DNA of 64,000 bases from Marsupella aquatica (lineage: Eukaryota > Plantae > Marchantiophyta): the NCBI GenBank assembly GCA_973895155.1, contig OZ316899.1, positions 7,133,241 through 7,197,240 on the forward strand, given 5' to 3'. The notes beneath the pieces were generated by a model. The model made no database searches and was not told the DNA's origin. It was given only the letters and a program-made list of their open reading frames with translations. Numbering within the stretch: the first letter of the stretch is position 1; each line of letters begins with the position of its first letter. Shown piece by piece: positions 1 to 12,019 of the stretch. The position numbers and the translations under genes are program-made.

Positions 1-496
1 CCAAGCAAGCTCCTATCATTCTCAAGCTGCTCTTTCCGACTCTTCCTCCTCATAGGTCCCAATGTACCCACTTGCCATTTGAATAGGCATCCCCAAAAAT
101 GTGCAACTTGATTGACATTGCTCATTCCCTCCTTATGTTGTTGCTGGGTGTCTACTTCCGCCTGCCGTGTTCACCTTTGCAACTGACAGTCGTTGGCTTC
201 TCCTTGCAATTTGTTTGATCAATGTGCGTGAATGAGCCGTCACTCTTGGTGAACCTCCCTTACCCCCCTCCGGCCTGCCCCTGCCTGACTTGGTCGCTGA
301 TTACCTGCAACCACCAATACTTAGCGTACCCAAACCCTAATCATGCCCCTTAGTGGTCCTTGCACCTATTACTCCCGGCCTTGGCTCGGGTTTCATGGAT
401 ATCCTTAATTGTTTACATTTTCTTGTAAGGGTTTTTGTGTATACCACCCAACTTTACTATTTTACAAGCCCTAGTGATTCCTGGCTAGGCATCACA
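1..496 (-). mobile_element. Terminal part of gene-bearing LTR-like element B1 (duplicate copy)
   Basis: Ends ...CTAGGCATCACA followed by GGTCT, same as 37768-37773. Confidence 0.9.
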
Positions 497-578
497 GGTC
501 TCCAGGAGCATATATGAGGGGAGTGGTGTCTCCATGGGGGCTAAGGACGAGCCAAAGTTGTGAGTTGCGGTGGTTGCA

Positions 579-2047
579 AGTCGCAGAACTCGACTACCTG
601 AACACTAAGCTCCGGCGTCACTGACTCCGATGCCAAGCTCCCTTATGGTCCAGGCCCGGATAGGCCAGCCGGGGAGGACTTAGCATGGGGAGACTTGTGG
701 GCAACGAGACGTGGCGCTAGCGAAGGCAAGGAGCCAAGTTGGTGACACACACTAAGGACTTGGACTAGCTGAGAGCTGGTCGGGTCAAGGGGAAATGGGC
801 CGGGCTCAAGGACGACCATCCAAATCTCCGGATGGACTTTGCGTTTTGAGGGCTTGAGTGTGAGCTCCTCTTGGGCCCAAGGCCAATGGAGTTGACGCCA
901 TGGGCAACAAACGTGTGGGGCGCAAGTTATGGCCCAATTCGGGTTGGGCCGATCGGGGGTCCCGAACGGCGATGAGACCTGAGGACCTAGGCATGAGCAT
1001 TGGGTCGGTCCGATCACAGCGAGCTAAGGCACTCCGCTTGCGGTGGCCTAATGAGAAAGTTATGGGCTTGCCAGTTGGTGGCGCGCCCATTATGCGCAAT
1101 AGGATTCGGGTTGGGGGGCAAAATGTTTAGGGACCAAAGCTGGTCCCGGGGGTGGGAGGTCTACAGAAGCATATATGAGGGGAGTGGTGTCTCCCTGGGG
1201 GCTAAGGGCGAGCCGAAGTCGTGAGCCGCGGTGATCGCGACACTAAGGGAAACCGCCAAACGAAAATGGCGATATCTTCCTAACGGGAAGTCTGTTGGAG
1301 GACTTCTTGGATGCATTGGAAAGCTCTTGCCAAGGGCTACGCCCTCCTGAACTTACCATGGGTTCTTGGGGTTTTCGGGTGTTAACTCGCTCACTTGCCA
1401 AATCCTGCCGAACAACAGCCAAGCCGCGTTCAGTCTCCCAAGGGAGCTTGCATTGGGGAGGCAAGGCCAAGTAGGTGTGGAAGTTGAGTTCCAAGAGTGT
1501 CCAGCCCCTAGACCATCAATGAGGCAAATTGGGAGTTGGTTGCTAAAGTCAGGGCCATTCTGGTCCCGACGTGTTGGGACAAGCTTTAGGACAAGCTACG
1601 TTATTTGGGCCATGAGCATGTCCTGGGGTCAGGGCGGTCAGTTGGTGATGGATAGGTACGAGGGGGAACCTAGGCCACGCCCAAGGATGGAGTTGTTCTG
1701 GACAAACATTGGGCGTGGGTTCTGGTTCCGGCTTATGGCACCGGGAGGACCTATTGCCGACCTATTTACCAATGTCTGTTGAGCTTGAGTTAGGATGCTA
1801 GACTTGGCGAGTTCTAGATCCTGAAGGGTTACTTACCGAGGTGCTTGGTTGCTTGTGCAGACAATGAAGACCGTTGAGTAGCGGTCGTGTTGGAGAGCAA
1901 GTGCGGCTTCGTATGGGAGGGGCCGTTGGCGGTGCAAGGGGCATTAGGGTGCTTGCTCAAGGTATTCCATGGAGGCATTTGGGCACTAGGGGCATTAGGC
2001 GTGAGTGCTAGGATTGGTGAGGGCGCTGGGTGGCTAGGTCCACCACT
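579..2047 (+). repeat. 5' LTR of gypsy family A (copy A1), AGT...ACT ends
   Basis: Homologous to 23138-24489, 37851-39319, 48921-50206, 52704-53479; followed by TG and the PBS. Confidence 0.9.
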
Positions 2048-2049
2048 TG

Positions 2050-2061
2050 TGGTATCAGAGC
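2050..2061 (+). promoter_or_regulatory. Primer binding site, tRNA-iMet
   Basis: TGGTATCAGAGC 2 nt after LTR end; also at 8761-8772 and 39322-39333. Confidence 0.95.
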
Positions 2062-2192
2062 GATTATCGGCATAGACATCGGGCCGAGGTTGTGTTAGGT
2101 CGGAAGCCAAAAATCTTAACGGATTTTTGCAGGGACTTAGTGCTTCAACGTGCCCAGCGGGTTGACTACGGGCAGATTCGGTCACTCGGAGC

Positions 2193-2898
2193 ATGGCTAA
2201 AGACACTCGATCAAAGAGTGGCAAATACGCTCCCCCTGCCAAGGGGAGAGCCCAAGTTCAAGATGAATAGAAGGAGGATGGGTCGACTTCCCTAGATGAA
2301 CGTTACAAGCAGGCTGACAAAGACCGTCGACCGCCGCGGTGAACACATCAAGTGCAGAGCGCCGTTGACTTAAAGGGAAGGAGGTGGCCAATCCTTCAGA
2401 GAATGGGTCGGACAATGACGGCTCCGACGCGGATGGAAGCGACGACAATGCAAAAGTTGAATTGGAGGAAGAGGGTCAAGACCTAGAGGAGGAACTGATC
2501 CTAGCCTTGAGAGGGTTGGATGCAGAACCAGAGGATGATGTCAAGCCGGACGTCATTGTGGATAATTTGACCAAGCAAAGCCAGGGCGACACGGGTGATG
2601 CCTCAGTCCCGGGAGGTCATGGTGCCCGCAAGAGGTGGGGGGTGTCACCAAAATCCACAAGAGAAATTAAGGACACGCAGCCCGCAAAGGAAAGACGGTT
2701 GGAGGACCGTCCTCATACAACCCGCAAGGGCCTAGGCGCTGATGACGGTTTGGGTCCATTGACTCAAGACCAATGACTCATTTATGAGCAGTTTGAACAC
2801 AACAAGGGGGCCCAAATTAAGTACTTACTTAGTCTGGGTAGTCAAAGTGCGACGTGTCCCAAGGGGGGAATGGTAGTTGGACGGATAATGTTCCAAGT
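2193..2898 (+). pseudogene. gag: gag N-terminal region of A1, interrupted by element C
   Basis: Homologous to 8904-9620; in-frame stops; ends at CAAGT target site. Confidence 0.8.
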
Positions 2899-4726
2899 TG
2901 TCACGTCGTCGGCTTTGGCCTTAACTCGGGCTTCAGCTTAGACGGGCACATCCTTTGTAAATATGAGGGTTCGGGCAGGGAGGGAAGCACGTAATGCACC
3001 TAATTCGTGTAAACTAGCGCTAAGTGCGCCTACTGTTAGATACGGACACCTCCTAGGTATGGTTTGTGTTCCGCCGCCGGAACATACCTTAGTCGATAGC
3101 AGGATTGACCCCGGCTTAAGGGCTTCTAAGCCTTCGTGTTGTCCGCCTTTGATCCGGATTTTATGATACAGGTCCTCAACCCGTGCTCGCAACCACTTAC
3201 CCGCAAGCTGCACCCCGTGCACGATTTGGGTAGTGCGTTCGGCCCGACATTGCCACCTATACACGAGATTCACCCATACATATACACGCACAAGCATACA
3301 ATCTCGATTTACACGAAGGAAATGGTGGGAAAGGATTTTACTACATAGGGGACATATGCGTACACTTGATTGACCCAACAGCTCTGGAGTGAACAGGTCC
3401 AAGACCGAGGGTGTACACTACAACGGAGCCTGGCTCCGCACTCGCCCAGCGAGCTTAGTCCTACCCCCCTCCCCTTGGTACTCTTCCACTCCCAGAGGTC
3501 GGGACTCCTCGCACATACCGCGGATGTCCAATTTGAGACTAAAAACCCCCCTGCCTCTACCGAGGGGTGCACTAAATACTAAGGGCCGAGGAACAGAGTG
3601 TCCTCCCGCCCGAAGATTCGCTGACTTAGGTCCTAACTAATCTGACTGTCAGGCCAAAAAACGGCTGTGTCTTATTAGAAGATCCTAAACTATGCAGGCT
3701 GGACAGCATGGCGGTGCTGTTTTAACTAGGGCAGGTTCCTGCCCCCATAGCCTGATTTAGCTATTCCTAACCCTATTCTATTCCTACTCCGCCGCTAATG
3801 CCTGGCATGCGTGCTAGAGCCGCTCGAGTGGGAGCGGCCATCCCGTTGCTTACGAAGTTTGTCGTTGTCCGCCTTGAGGAGCTGGACCTGGTCCAGTAGA
3901 GATTCGTTCTCTCGCTTCACCGCATCCGTCTCCTCCGCTGCCTCCTGGCATGCCTCCTCCAGTTGCTGGGCGTCGCTCGTCAGCTTGCCTGCCAGCTGGT
4001 CCTGCTTCTCGGCTTCGGTTTGGAGCCGTGCCACTTTGACCTGTAGCGTGGCTATCTTTGTAGTGTCCCGCTGGGCCCGTTCTTGGCCTCCTCCAGGTCT
4101 TTCTGCCAGATGACAATTTGATTATTCAAACTGTCAATCTGGTTCCGGAGTTGTGCAATCTCGGCCTCGTTCCCAGCTTTGGCCTGATCGGCTAGGGCGG
4201 TAAGGGCCTGCGCCTTTGCTAACAACTCATCGGCGGCTGCAACTTTGGGTCGTAGTTGCAGAAGCTCAGCCTCTTGAGCCGCAACTTTGTTCTTTAAGTA
4301 TACGGACTCCACCCGGTACCGCTCTATCCTCTGAAGGGCCTCTGACTGGGCCCTATGTGACGCCAATGACGTGGTCCTTATTTTGTAATCTGATTAAGTA
4401 GGTTGCTGTATGCAAGGAGTAGCTATTGATATTGCATAACAATTAGCAAGATGGCAAGAATAAGGGCAATCATGGCGTTAAGAGTAGGGAAATAAAAGCT
4501 ATGTCGCGGGTGGTCGACGACCATATCTCTTTCAATATGTCACCAAATCCGGATCTGTAAAGAGCATTGGAAAGATCTGGTCAAGGCGAGTAAAATCGAT
4601 ATAAAACACTCGAGAAACGGAGGTGTATTAAGAAAGATACGGCCTGATTAGTGTGACGGGTTAACTTGTGGCCGGAATTAACGGATTCGGCTTCAGTTTC
4701 GGGTTAACCACGGCTTAGCTTATGTG

Positions 4727-4935
4727 AGCACGGCTTCAGCTTAGCTCAGGTCAGCACGGCTTCAGCTTAGCTTAGGTAAGCACGGCTTCAGCTTAGCTCA
4801 GGTAAGAACGGCTTCAGCTTAGCTCAGGTCAGCACGGCTTCAGCTTAGCTCAGGTCAACACGGCTTCAGCTTAGCTCAGGTCAGCGCGGCCTCAGGTTAG
4901 CATAGGTAAGCTCGGATTCGGGCTCAGCTTAGGCT
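4727..4935 (+). repeat. 26-bp tandem minisatellite, ~7-8 units (AGCACGGCTTCAGCTTAGCTCAGGTC) in U3 of LTR D
   Basis: Directly visible head-to-tail units with no unique spacers. Confidence 0.93.
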
Positions 4936-5376
4936 AGGTTAGCGGATAGCGGGTAGCGGCCTAACCCGAGACCACGGGTTAGCTCTACTCGGGTTAGATA
5001 GGATAGCTAGGTTAGCCAAATTCGGGTTAGCTATGTAACTCGGGTTAGCGCAGCAATGAGTACCCCCTCTCGATTGCGGGGGCATAACTCTCTGTGTATT
5101 TGACCAAATCGGCTATAATTGACCTCGTTGGAAAGAGGAGCTCAAGCCGCTTCCAACGCTGCTATCCACGCAGAAAATGGTTAAATAGAGAAATCGGGAG
5201 AGGAGGCGCAAGCTCGCAAAAACTATGGAGGAGGGCCGAATCCGAAGTACATAGCCAATTCGAGATAGAAATAAAGTTGCGAGTTAGGGTTCAGTAGTTA
5301 GAGATAGTGGCGGCTCTGTTAGGGCTGGGATGGGGCTCCAGCAGCGTAGTATCCACCCATTTGGGCTCAGTATGAG

Positions 5377-5416
5377 AGTATATAGGGCAGCCCCCGGTAG
5401 AGGCAAGGGGGGGGGG
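5377..5416 (+). promoter_or_regulatory. Probable LTR core promoter of D (TATA box plus G-run)
   Basis: AGTATATAGGGCAGCCCCCGGTAGAGGCAAG10; near-identical motif on the minus strand of C at 3546-3580. Confidence 0.65.
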
Positions 5417-8400
5417 ACTTCAGTTGTGTGATCTCACTTAGACTGAGCAGCGGGGAGGAGCTCTGTGCAAGCAAGGCTGGACTTGGACGCTGCGTGTTGG
5501 GGAGAGCTTGGTTGTGCTATTACTCAGGGAGTAATCAGCCAAGCTTCACAGCAACGGGTTGCTAGGTTTGCGAGCTAGATTGTGGCTCTTTCTAGTGGGC
5601 AGCACAACTGGGTTCTTTTCCCCCGATACAGAGCCTTGGTGATAGGTGATGTATTGGTGATTGTAAACTGTGGGGAGGATTTCAATTCGATTTGCGGTGG
5701 GCACATTAGGGAGGCTGAGGTCCTGATTAAGGGGCAGCAAGAGGAGCATTTACAGTTCAGTCTGGCAAGGCTACGTGATCCATGGGGAGTCCCTGCCTTT
5801 GTCTGGTGGAGAGCACTAAGGGATCTATGGCCAGAGCTGAGCTTGCAGGGCAAGCATGAGGCCGGGCCTCATTGCAGTCTGGGGTAGATCGCCGTTAGGC
5901 CTGGTACCAGCCTTGAAGTCGAGTCAACTATGCATGCGTAACTTGACGTTCTGAATTGGAGGTGTGAGATCTGTATGTGCCCCCAAGAATGAAGTGCAGT
6001 GAAGGAGGTTGAGTTCAGGATTGAGTTTGCAAGGCAAGTACGGGATTGGTTTGAGTCCAATCTGCCGTCGCAATCTGGAGTGAGCCGGGCTCAGGTTCAG
6101 GATTGAGCTTGCATGGCAAGCACGGGGCTTGCAGGGCAAGCACGTCACAATCTGGAGGAGACAGCCTTCGGCCCTAGTATTCGGATCAAGTGTTCTCAGT
6201 GAACTATTGTGCACATCTTTGAATCTAATTGAGTTTTCCTCTCAGGCCTCATTTCTCTCATGGATGTGTGTGTGTGTGAGGAAATATGAGTGTATGATGG
6301 AACTAGCAGCGCCACTGAGAGGTGTACCGGGTGCATTGAAGCGGGCTGGGTGAGGACTGTCATAGCTCTGATTGTTGAGAGTGGAATGGCAGAGTGGTGG
6401 GGCAATGGCTTAGAAGTCCCTAAGCCGGGAATCAGTCAGGAGTCACTGGTTTATGGGTACATTCCGGCGGCGGAATAGAAACATACCTATGATAGTAAGC
6501 ATATGTATAGACCTATTGCGCACCGTAGTGCTAGGCCCTGTGTGTACGGGCCCGATATGAAGACCCCTTCTCACCAGAACTATCATGAGCGCAGATCTGA
6601 TCCCCAACCTTGGTTCCTTGGGATTGAGCTTGGGTGATGTGTGATAGAGTCTTGCTATGATAGTCTGGTGTTAAGGGCATAAACTGGTGTTTATCGGCAT
6701 TCACAACATCCCTTCGTGATCCTCAGGTACAAGGAGATGGTTTTGGCACCCATAGTGACGTTTTTGGTGTTAAGACCCATGTCAATCGCGTGACACCCGA
6801 CGTGCTTTTACTGCGGCAACCAACTCCTGATTGAAGAAACAGGCTACCTTCCGGGCCATGAACTCCCCGGTATCCCGGGAAATTTGATGAGAGAAATCTC
6901 CCAGAAGCCCGTTCAGAAATGTACCCGGTACGAAGAGTTCCGGGTGGTCCAGGTTGTGCCTGTCCGGAGTTGGGCACGGGAAGACGTCAACACGCGCGGG
7001 GGCCGGGGCAGTGACATCCAGCCCTGGGGACGTAGTGTTGGAAGGGGTTGGAGTGTCCTCCTGCAGCAATGTCCGGTTCTCCGGAATAGCCACCGGTGGG
7101 TCTTTGGGAGACCCGGGCTCGAGTAAGGCCTCCGCTGTACCGACTTTTGTACTTGGCCCGGCCTGTTGGATCGCATCTACGGTTGCAATAACCGACCCAT
7201 CCGGTACCTCCTCGGTTACAACTACAGCTACTTGTGGAGGTGGGGTGGGTGAAGCCTGCGTGTCCGCTGGACTTCGGGTCTCGGGTTGGGGCCGTCTCTC
7301 TAAGGCCGGGAAAACCCACCTAGCTGGGACCAGCTTTGTAATGTTGACACGGGGAAGGGTTCGTCGATCGAACCGAGTGTACCACTCAAGAATGATCTCA
7401 ATGTGGCTAGCAAAATACGCCTTCCCGCCAATGTATAGCGTCTTTCTTTGCCGCTCCATCTCTTCATGGAATTTCTTAGCGAAGTACGACGCCCACTTCC
7501 TAGGTCGATAGTTCTCGACCTGGATAACCTGGGCAGCGGAGATCTCCCCCCGGGATTTCATCATGTGGAGGGCGTACCTTTGGAACTCCAGTCGCTCAGC
7601 TATCTCGGGGATGAGGCAGGTCCTCATCACGAACCCGTTGTCCACTGCCCCCGAGCGGCGATCAGACCTGATGGCCTGGGCATGAGCACTGGCTTGGCCC
7701 GGTCACACGGGCTAAGGCACTCCGCTTGCGAATGCCTAACGAGAAAGTTATGGGCGTTGCCAGTTGGTGGCGCGCCCATTATGCGCGATAGGATCCGGGT
7801 TGGGTGCCAAATGTTTAGGGACCAAAGCTGGTCTGGGGGTGGCAGGTCTCCATAAGCATATATGAGGGGAGTGGTGTCTCCCTAGGGGCTAAGGGCGAGC
7901 CGAAGTCGTGAGCCGCGGAGGTCGCGATACTAAGAGAAACCACCAAACAAAAATGGCAATATCTTCCCAACGGGAAGTCCGTTGGAGGACTTCTTGGGTG
8001 CGTTGGAAAGCTCTTGAGGAAGGCTACGCCCTCCTGAGCTCAGCTGGGTCTGGGATACCTTGGGGTCTTGGGGTTTGCGGGTGTTAACTCGCCCACTTGC
8101 CAAATCCTGTCAAACAGCAGCCAAACTGTGTTCAGTCTCCCAAGGGAGCTTTCGTTGGGGAGGCAAGGTCAAGTAGGTGTGGAGGTTGAGGCCCAAGAGC
8201 ATTTGGCCCCTAGATCATCAGTGAGGACAACCGAGAGTGGATTCTAGCGTCGGGGCCATTATGGTCCCGGCGTGTTGGGACAAGCTTGGGACAAGCTTTA
8301 GAACAAGCTACGCTATTTGGGCCATGAGCATGTCCTGAGGTCAGGGCGGTCAGTTGGTGATAAATAGGTACAAGGGAGAACTCGGGCCGCGCCCAAGGAA

Positions 8401-8903
8401 GGAGCTGTTCTGGACGAACAGTGGGCATGGGTTTTGGTTCCGGCTTATGGCATTGGGAGGACCTATCGCTGACCTATTTACCAACGTCTGTTGAGCTTGA
8501 GTTAGGATGCTAGACTTGGCGAGTTCTAGATCCAGAAGGGTTACTTACCGAGATGCTTGGTTGCTTGTGTAGATAGTGAGGACCGTTGAGTAGCGATCGT
8601 GTAGGTGAGCAAGTGCGGCTTCGTATGGGAGGGGCCGCTGGTGGTGCAAGGGGCACTAGGGTGCTTGTTCGAGGTATTCTGTGGAGGCATTCGAGGAAAG
8701 GGCACTTAGGCATGAGTGCTAGGATTGGTGAGGGCGTTGGGTGGCAAGGTCCACCACTTGTGGTATCAGAGCAATTGCTGGCATAGACACCGGGTCGGGG
8801 TTGCGCTAAGTCAGAATCCAAAAATCTTAACGGATTTTTGCGGGGACTTAGTGCTTCAACGTGCCCGACCGGTCAACTGTAGGCAGATTCGGTCATTGGG
8901 AAC

Positions 8904-11826
8904 ATGGCTAAAAACACTCAATTAAAGAGTAGCAAACAGGCTCCCCCCACCAAGGGGAGAGCCCAGGTTCAAGATGAACAGAAGGATGACGGGTTGACTT
9001 CCCTAGATGAACGTTACGAGCAGGATGCAGAAGACGCAACGGCCGAACCGTCGACCTCTGCGGCGAACACGTCGAGTGCAGAGCGCCGTGGACTTAAAGG
9101 GAAGGAGGTAGCTGATCCTTCAGAGGACGGGTTGGATGACGATGACTCCGATGCGGAAGGAAGCGACAACGAGGCTGAAGCCAAATCAGAGGAAGAGGGT
9201 CAGGACCTGGAAGAGGAACTGATCCCAGCCTTGAGAGGATTGAACGCGGAACCAGAGGATGATGTCCAGCCGGATGTCATCATGGATAATTTGACCAAGG
9301 AAACCCAGGGCAATGCGGGTGATGCCTCAGCCCCAAGAGGTCATGGTGCTCGCAAGACGCGGGGGGTATTACCAAAATCCACAAGAGAACCTAAGGACAG
9401 ACGGCCCGCAAAGGAAAGACAATTGGAGGACCGTCCTCATACAACTCGCAAGGGCCCAGCCGCTGACGACGGTCAGGGTCCGTTGACTCAAGACCAACAA
9501 CTCATTTATGACCAGTTGGAACACAACAAGGGGGCCTATGAAGTACTTACTTAGTCTAGGTAGCCAGAGTGCGACGAGTCCCGAGGGGGGAATGGTAGTT
9601 GGACAAAGTATGTTCCAAGTGAACCAGCTACCAACTCCTCCAACTTACAATGGGGCCTATGAACAAAGTGGACAAAAATTCCTGAGTTGGCTCTCCACGA
9701 TGGAGATTCATCTCCAGGTGTGCGTTGAGCGATCCACTTGGGCTATCGCAGCCGCTCCTTACCTGAAGGACTATGCCTTGACTTGGTACAAGTCATGGAA
9801 GAAGTCGCAAGATGACTCCTCCTTGCCGTTAACTTGGGAAAACCTGGTTGAGGGACTCCGTGCTCATGTCACCACTAAGTACCCGGAGCAGCACGCTCAA
9901 AAATGTGTAACGGAGATGAGCTTCAGGGTGATATCAAAATGTTCATTACTTATTACCAGAATCAGTTGGCGTGTATCCCGGCGGGACAAGAGACCTACAT
10001 ACACAACTTCACAACTTTATAGTGAAGCTCCCGCCGTTGCTCAGGGAAAAGTTACAAGAAAAGCGTCATGAGTCCAAAACGCTTTCTGACGCCTTCGACA
10101 AGGCAACTACATTGGTGAATAACCGACCTGACTTGGCGAAGGTGGGTGGCAAGGGATCCGAGGGGGAAGCTGGGAAAGCAAAAGGTCCCGAAAATAAGCG
10201 TAAGCAGTCTGAGGGGGCGGGGGCCGGTGGTTTGGACCCCTAGCCCCAAAATGGAGAAGCTAAGCGAAACCGAAAGGCTGGCAACTTCAAGAAAGGAACC
10301 TCATCGGCACAGAAAGCAAAGAAGCAGGCAACCATGGAACAGAGGCGGGCTGAAGGTTTGTGCTTCACATGTGGTGCCATGGGCCATCAAAGTAAGGATT
10401 GTTCCACGAAAGGTGGCAAGCCAAGCGGAGAGGGAGGGCAGAAGAGCATTAAGGTAAGTATCGCTCTAACCGAACCCTTAGTAGCTGACAAGGTCCCTGT
10501 AGGGGATGTTCCTGCAGGAGAGAGGGTGTTGTTGCAAGAGAAGATACCTCAAGTTAAGACAATGGATCCTGAAAAACTGATTTTTGTGAATGTCACTTCT
10601 AATGGTAATCTGGGGGTTGCTTTGGTGGATACAGGCGCGACCGCCTGCTTCATAAGTGGGCAGGCGGCAGCACGTCTTGGGGTGGACGTGCAAGAGTTGC
10701 TACAACCGTTAGTGTGCAAGTTTGCCAACGACACAAAAGATAGTGTCGAGAGTAGTACATAGACTTTGGGTAGAGGTCATAGGCAAACAACAAAATTTTG
10801 TTAGTTAGGAGATGTTCTACATTCTAGACGGTCTAGCCGTAGACTTCATTTTGTCAATAGGTTATCTCAGAAAGCACAATGTTACCTTGAAACCGGGGGT
10901 TGAGTGCTCCATTTTCCCAATAAGGGCAGTGAGCCCATCATTGTACACAAAGTTACCAAAAATAAATAAAGATTTCTCAAATTAAGTAAAGTGTCGTGGT
11001 TGTCTCCATGTGTATCGGCGAAGCAATGGTGGAAAGACTTCAAGGGTGGACATGAATGTTTCTTCTTTCATCTCCACCCAACTAAGGAGGCTGCGCCGCA
11101 GCCAAAAGGCAAGTCAGCTAAGGTTGGGCCCGACTGCGGTTGAATTCCAGAAATTTTAGAGGAATTCAACAACGTGCTCTCGCAGAAGCTACCTAAAGGT
11201 TTACCCCCGCGGAGAGAAGTGGATCACCAAGTTGAGTTGGAGCCAGGTTTGGCTCCTCAGGCTAAAGCTCCTTATCGTTTGAACTTGAACAAACGAATGA
11301 TGTTGAAGAACGCCTTGGAAGAGTTGATCGACCAAGGGTTCATTCGCCCTAGTAAAAGTCCTTACGGGGTGCCCGTGCTATTTGTGTCCAAAAAGGATGG
11401 TACTTTGAGATTGTGTGCAGATTACCGGGCCCTCAATAAGCAGACAGTAAAGACCAAGTACTCATTACCTCATATGGATGACCTCTTTGATTGCCTCTCC
11501 GGGGCTAAGAAGTTTTCAAGGTGGACTTGCGGTCTGGGTATTACCAGATCCGCATGGCTAAAGGAGACAAGTATAAGACCGCGATGCGCACAAGGTTTGG
11601 ATCCTATGAGTTTTTGGTTATGCCGCTCGGGTTGTGTAACGCAACCGCAACATTCATGAAGATGATGAATACCATCTTCCATGACTTGTTGGACCAAGGA
11701 GTGGTCATCTTTAGTGACAACATCCTGATCTACTCAAAAACATTGGAGGAACATGAGCAGTTGCTCAGAGAAGTGTTCTCTCGCCTTGGTAAGGCTCGTC
11801 TCTTTGCTAAACCTAGCAAGTGCAAG
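8904..11826 (+). pseudogene. gag-pol: gag, protease and RT N-part of A2, frameshifted
   Basis: Zn knuckle CFTCGAMGHQSKDC; protease ALVDTGATACFIS; RT SPYGVPVLFVSKKDGTLRLCADYRALN, DLRSGYYQIR; catalytic motif decayed to FSDN. Confidence 0.93.
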
Positions 11827-12019
11827 TTTTTTTTTTTTTTTTTTGTTTTGGAAATAAAAATGAAACCCGCGAAAACCCACGGGAAGGGGGGCCCAACAGG
11901 GCAACATAAGCGTGGGCAGCATAGTGTGACCCAGGTGAGGCCATAATGAGCACCTATGTGCAAAGGCACAAAGAAGTGTTCCTAGCCAACTAAAGTAGAA
12001 TGCATAAACAAGTATTGCT

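Larger units (their letters stand above)
4356..6795 (+). mobile_element. Solo LTR D (2440 bp) nested in the ORF of C
   Basis: TGTGACGCC...CGCGTGACA ends; TSD CCCTA/CCCGA (1 mismatch); removal rejoins C's ORF in frame (VKARR|AQSEALQRIE). Confidence 0.85.
1..7648. repeat. Segmental duplicate, copy 1 (extends beyond window start)
   Basis: Near-identical to 37273-44919 (offset 37272, then 37271 after G10 vs G9 at 5407-5416); only about 5 substitutions found by eye; ORF track entries are duplicated. Confidence 0.97.
2899..7648 (-). mobile_element. Element C (gene-bearing solo LTR), truncated duplicate
   Basis: Starts TGTCACG after CAAGT; identical to 40171-44919; cut at the 7648/7649 junction. 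Confidence 0.88.

Noticed and set aside
575-580. Canonical TG start (TGCAAG) for LTR A
   Set aside because: The copy at 48921 starts at AGT; TTGCA here matches the CpG-decayed host A0 sequence
643-2242. Short ORFs within LTR A
   Set aside because: Stops and frames differ among the LTR copies; no motifs; expected by chance in GC-rich DNA
4652-4665. TGTGACGGG as the start of a further nested element in D
   Set aside because: No matching ...CA end followed by an ATTAG TSD was found
4727-4935. Possible CRISPR array
   Set aside because: Units are directly adjacent with no unique spacers, there are no cas genes, and the context is eukaryotic
11521-11946. RT ORF extension with poly-Phe (KFFFFFF)
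   Set aside because: Read-through into the antisense poly(A) tail of the inserted LINE
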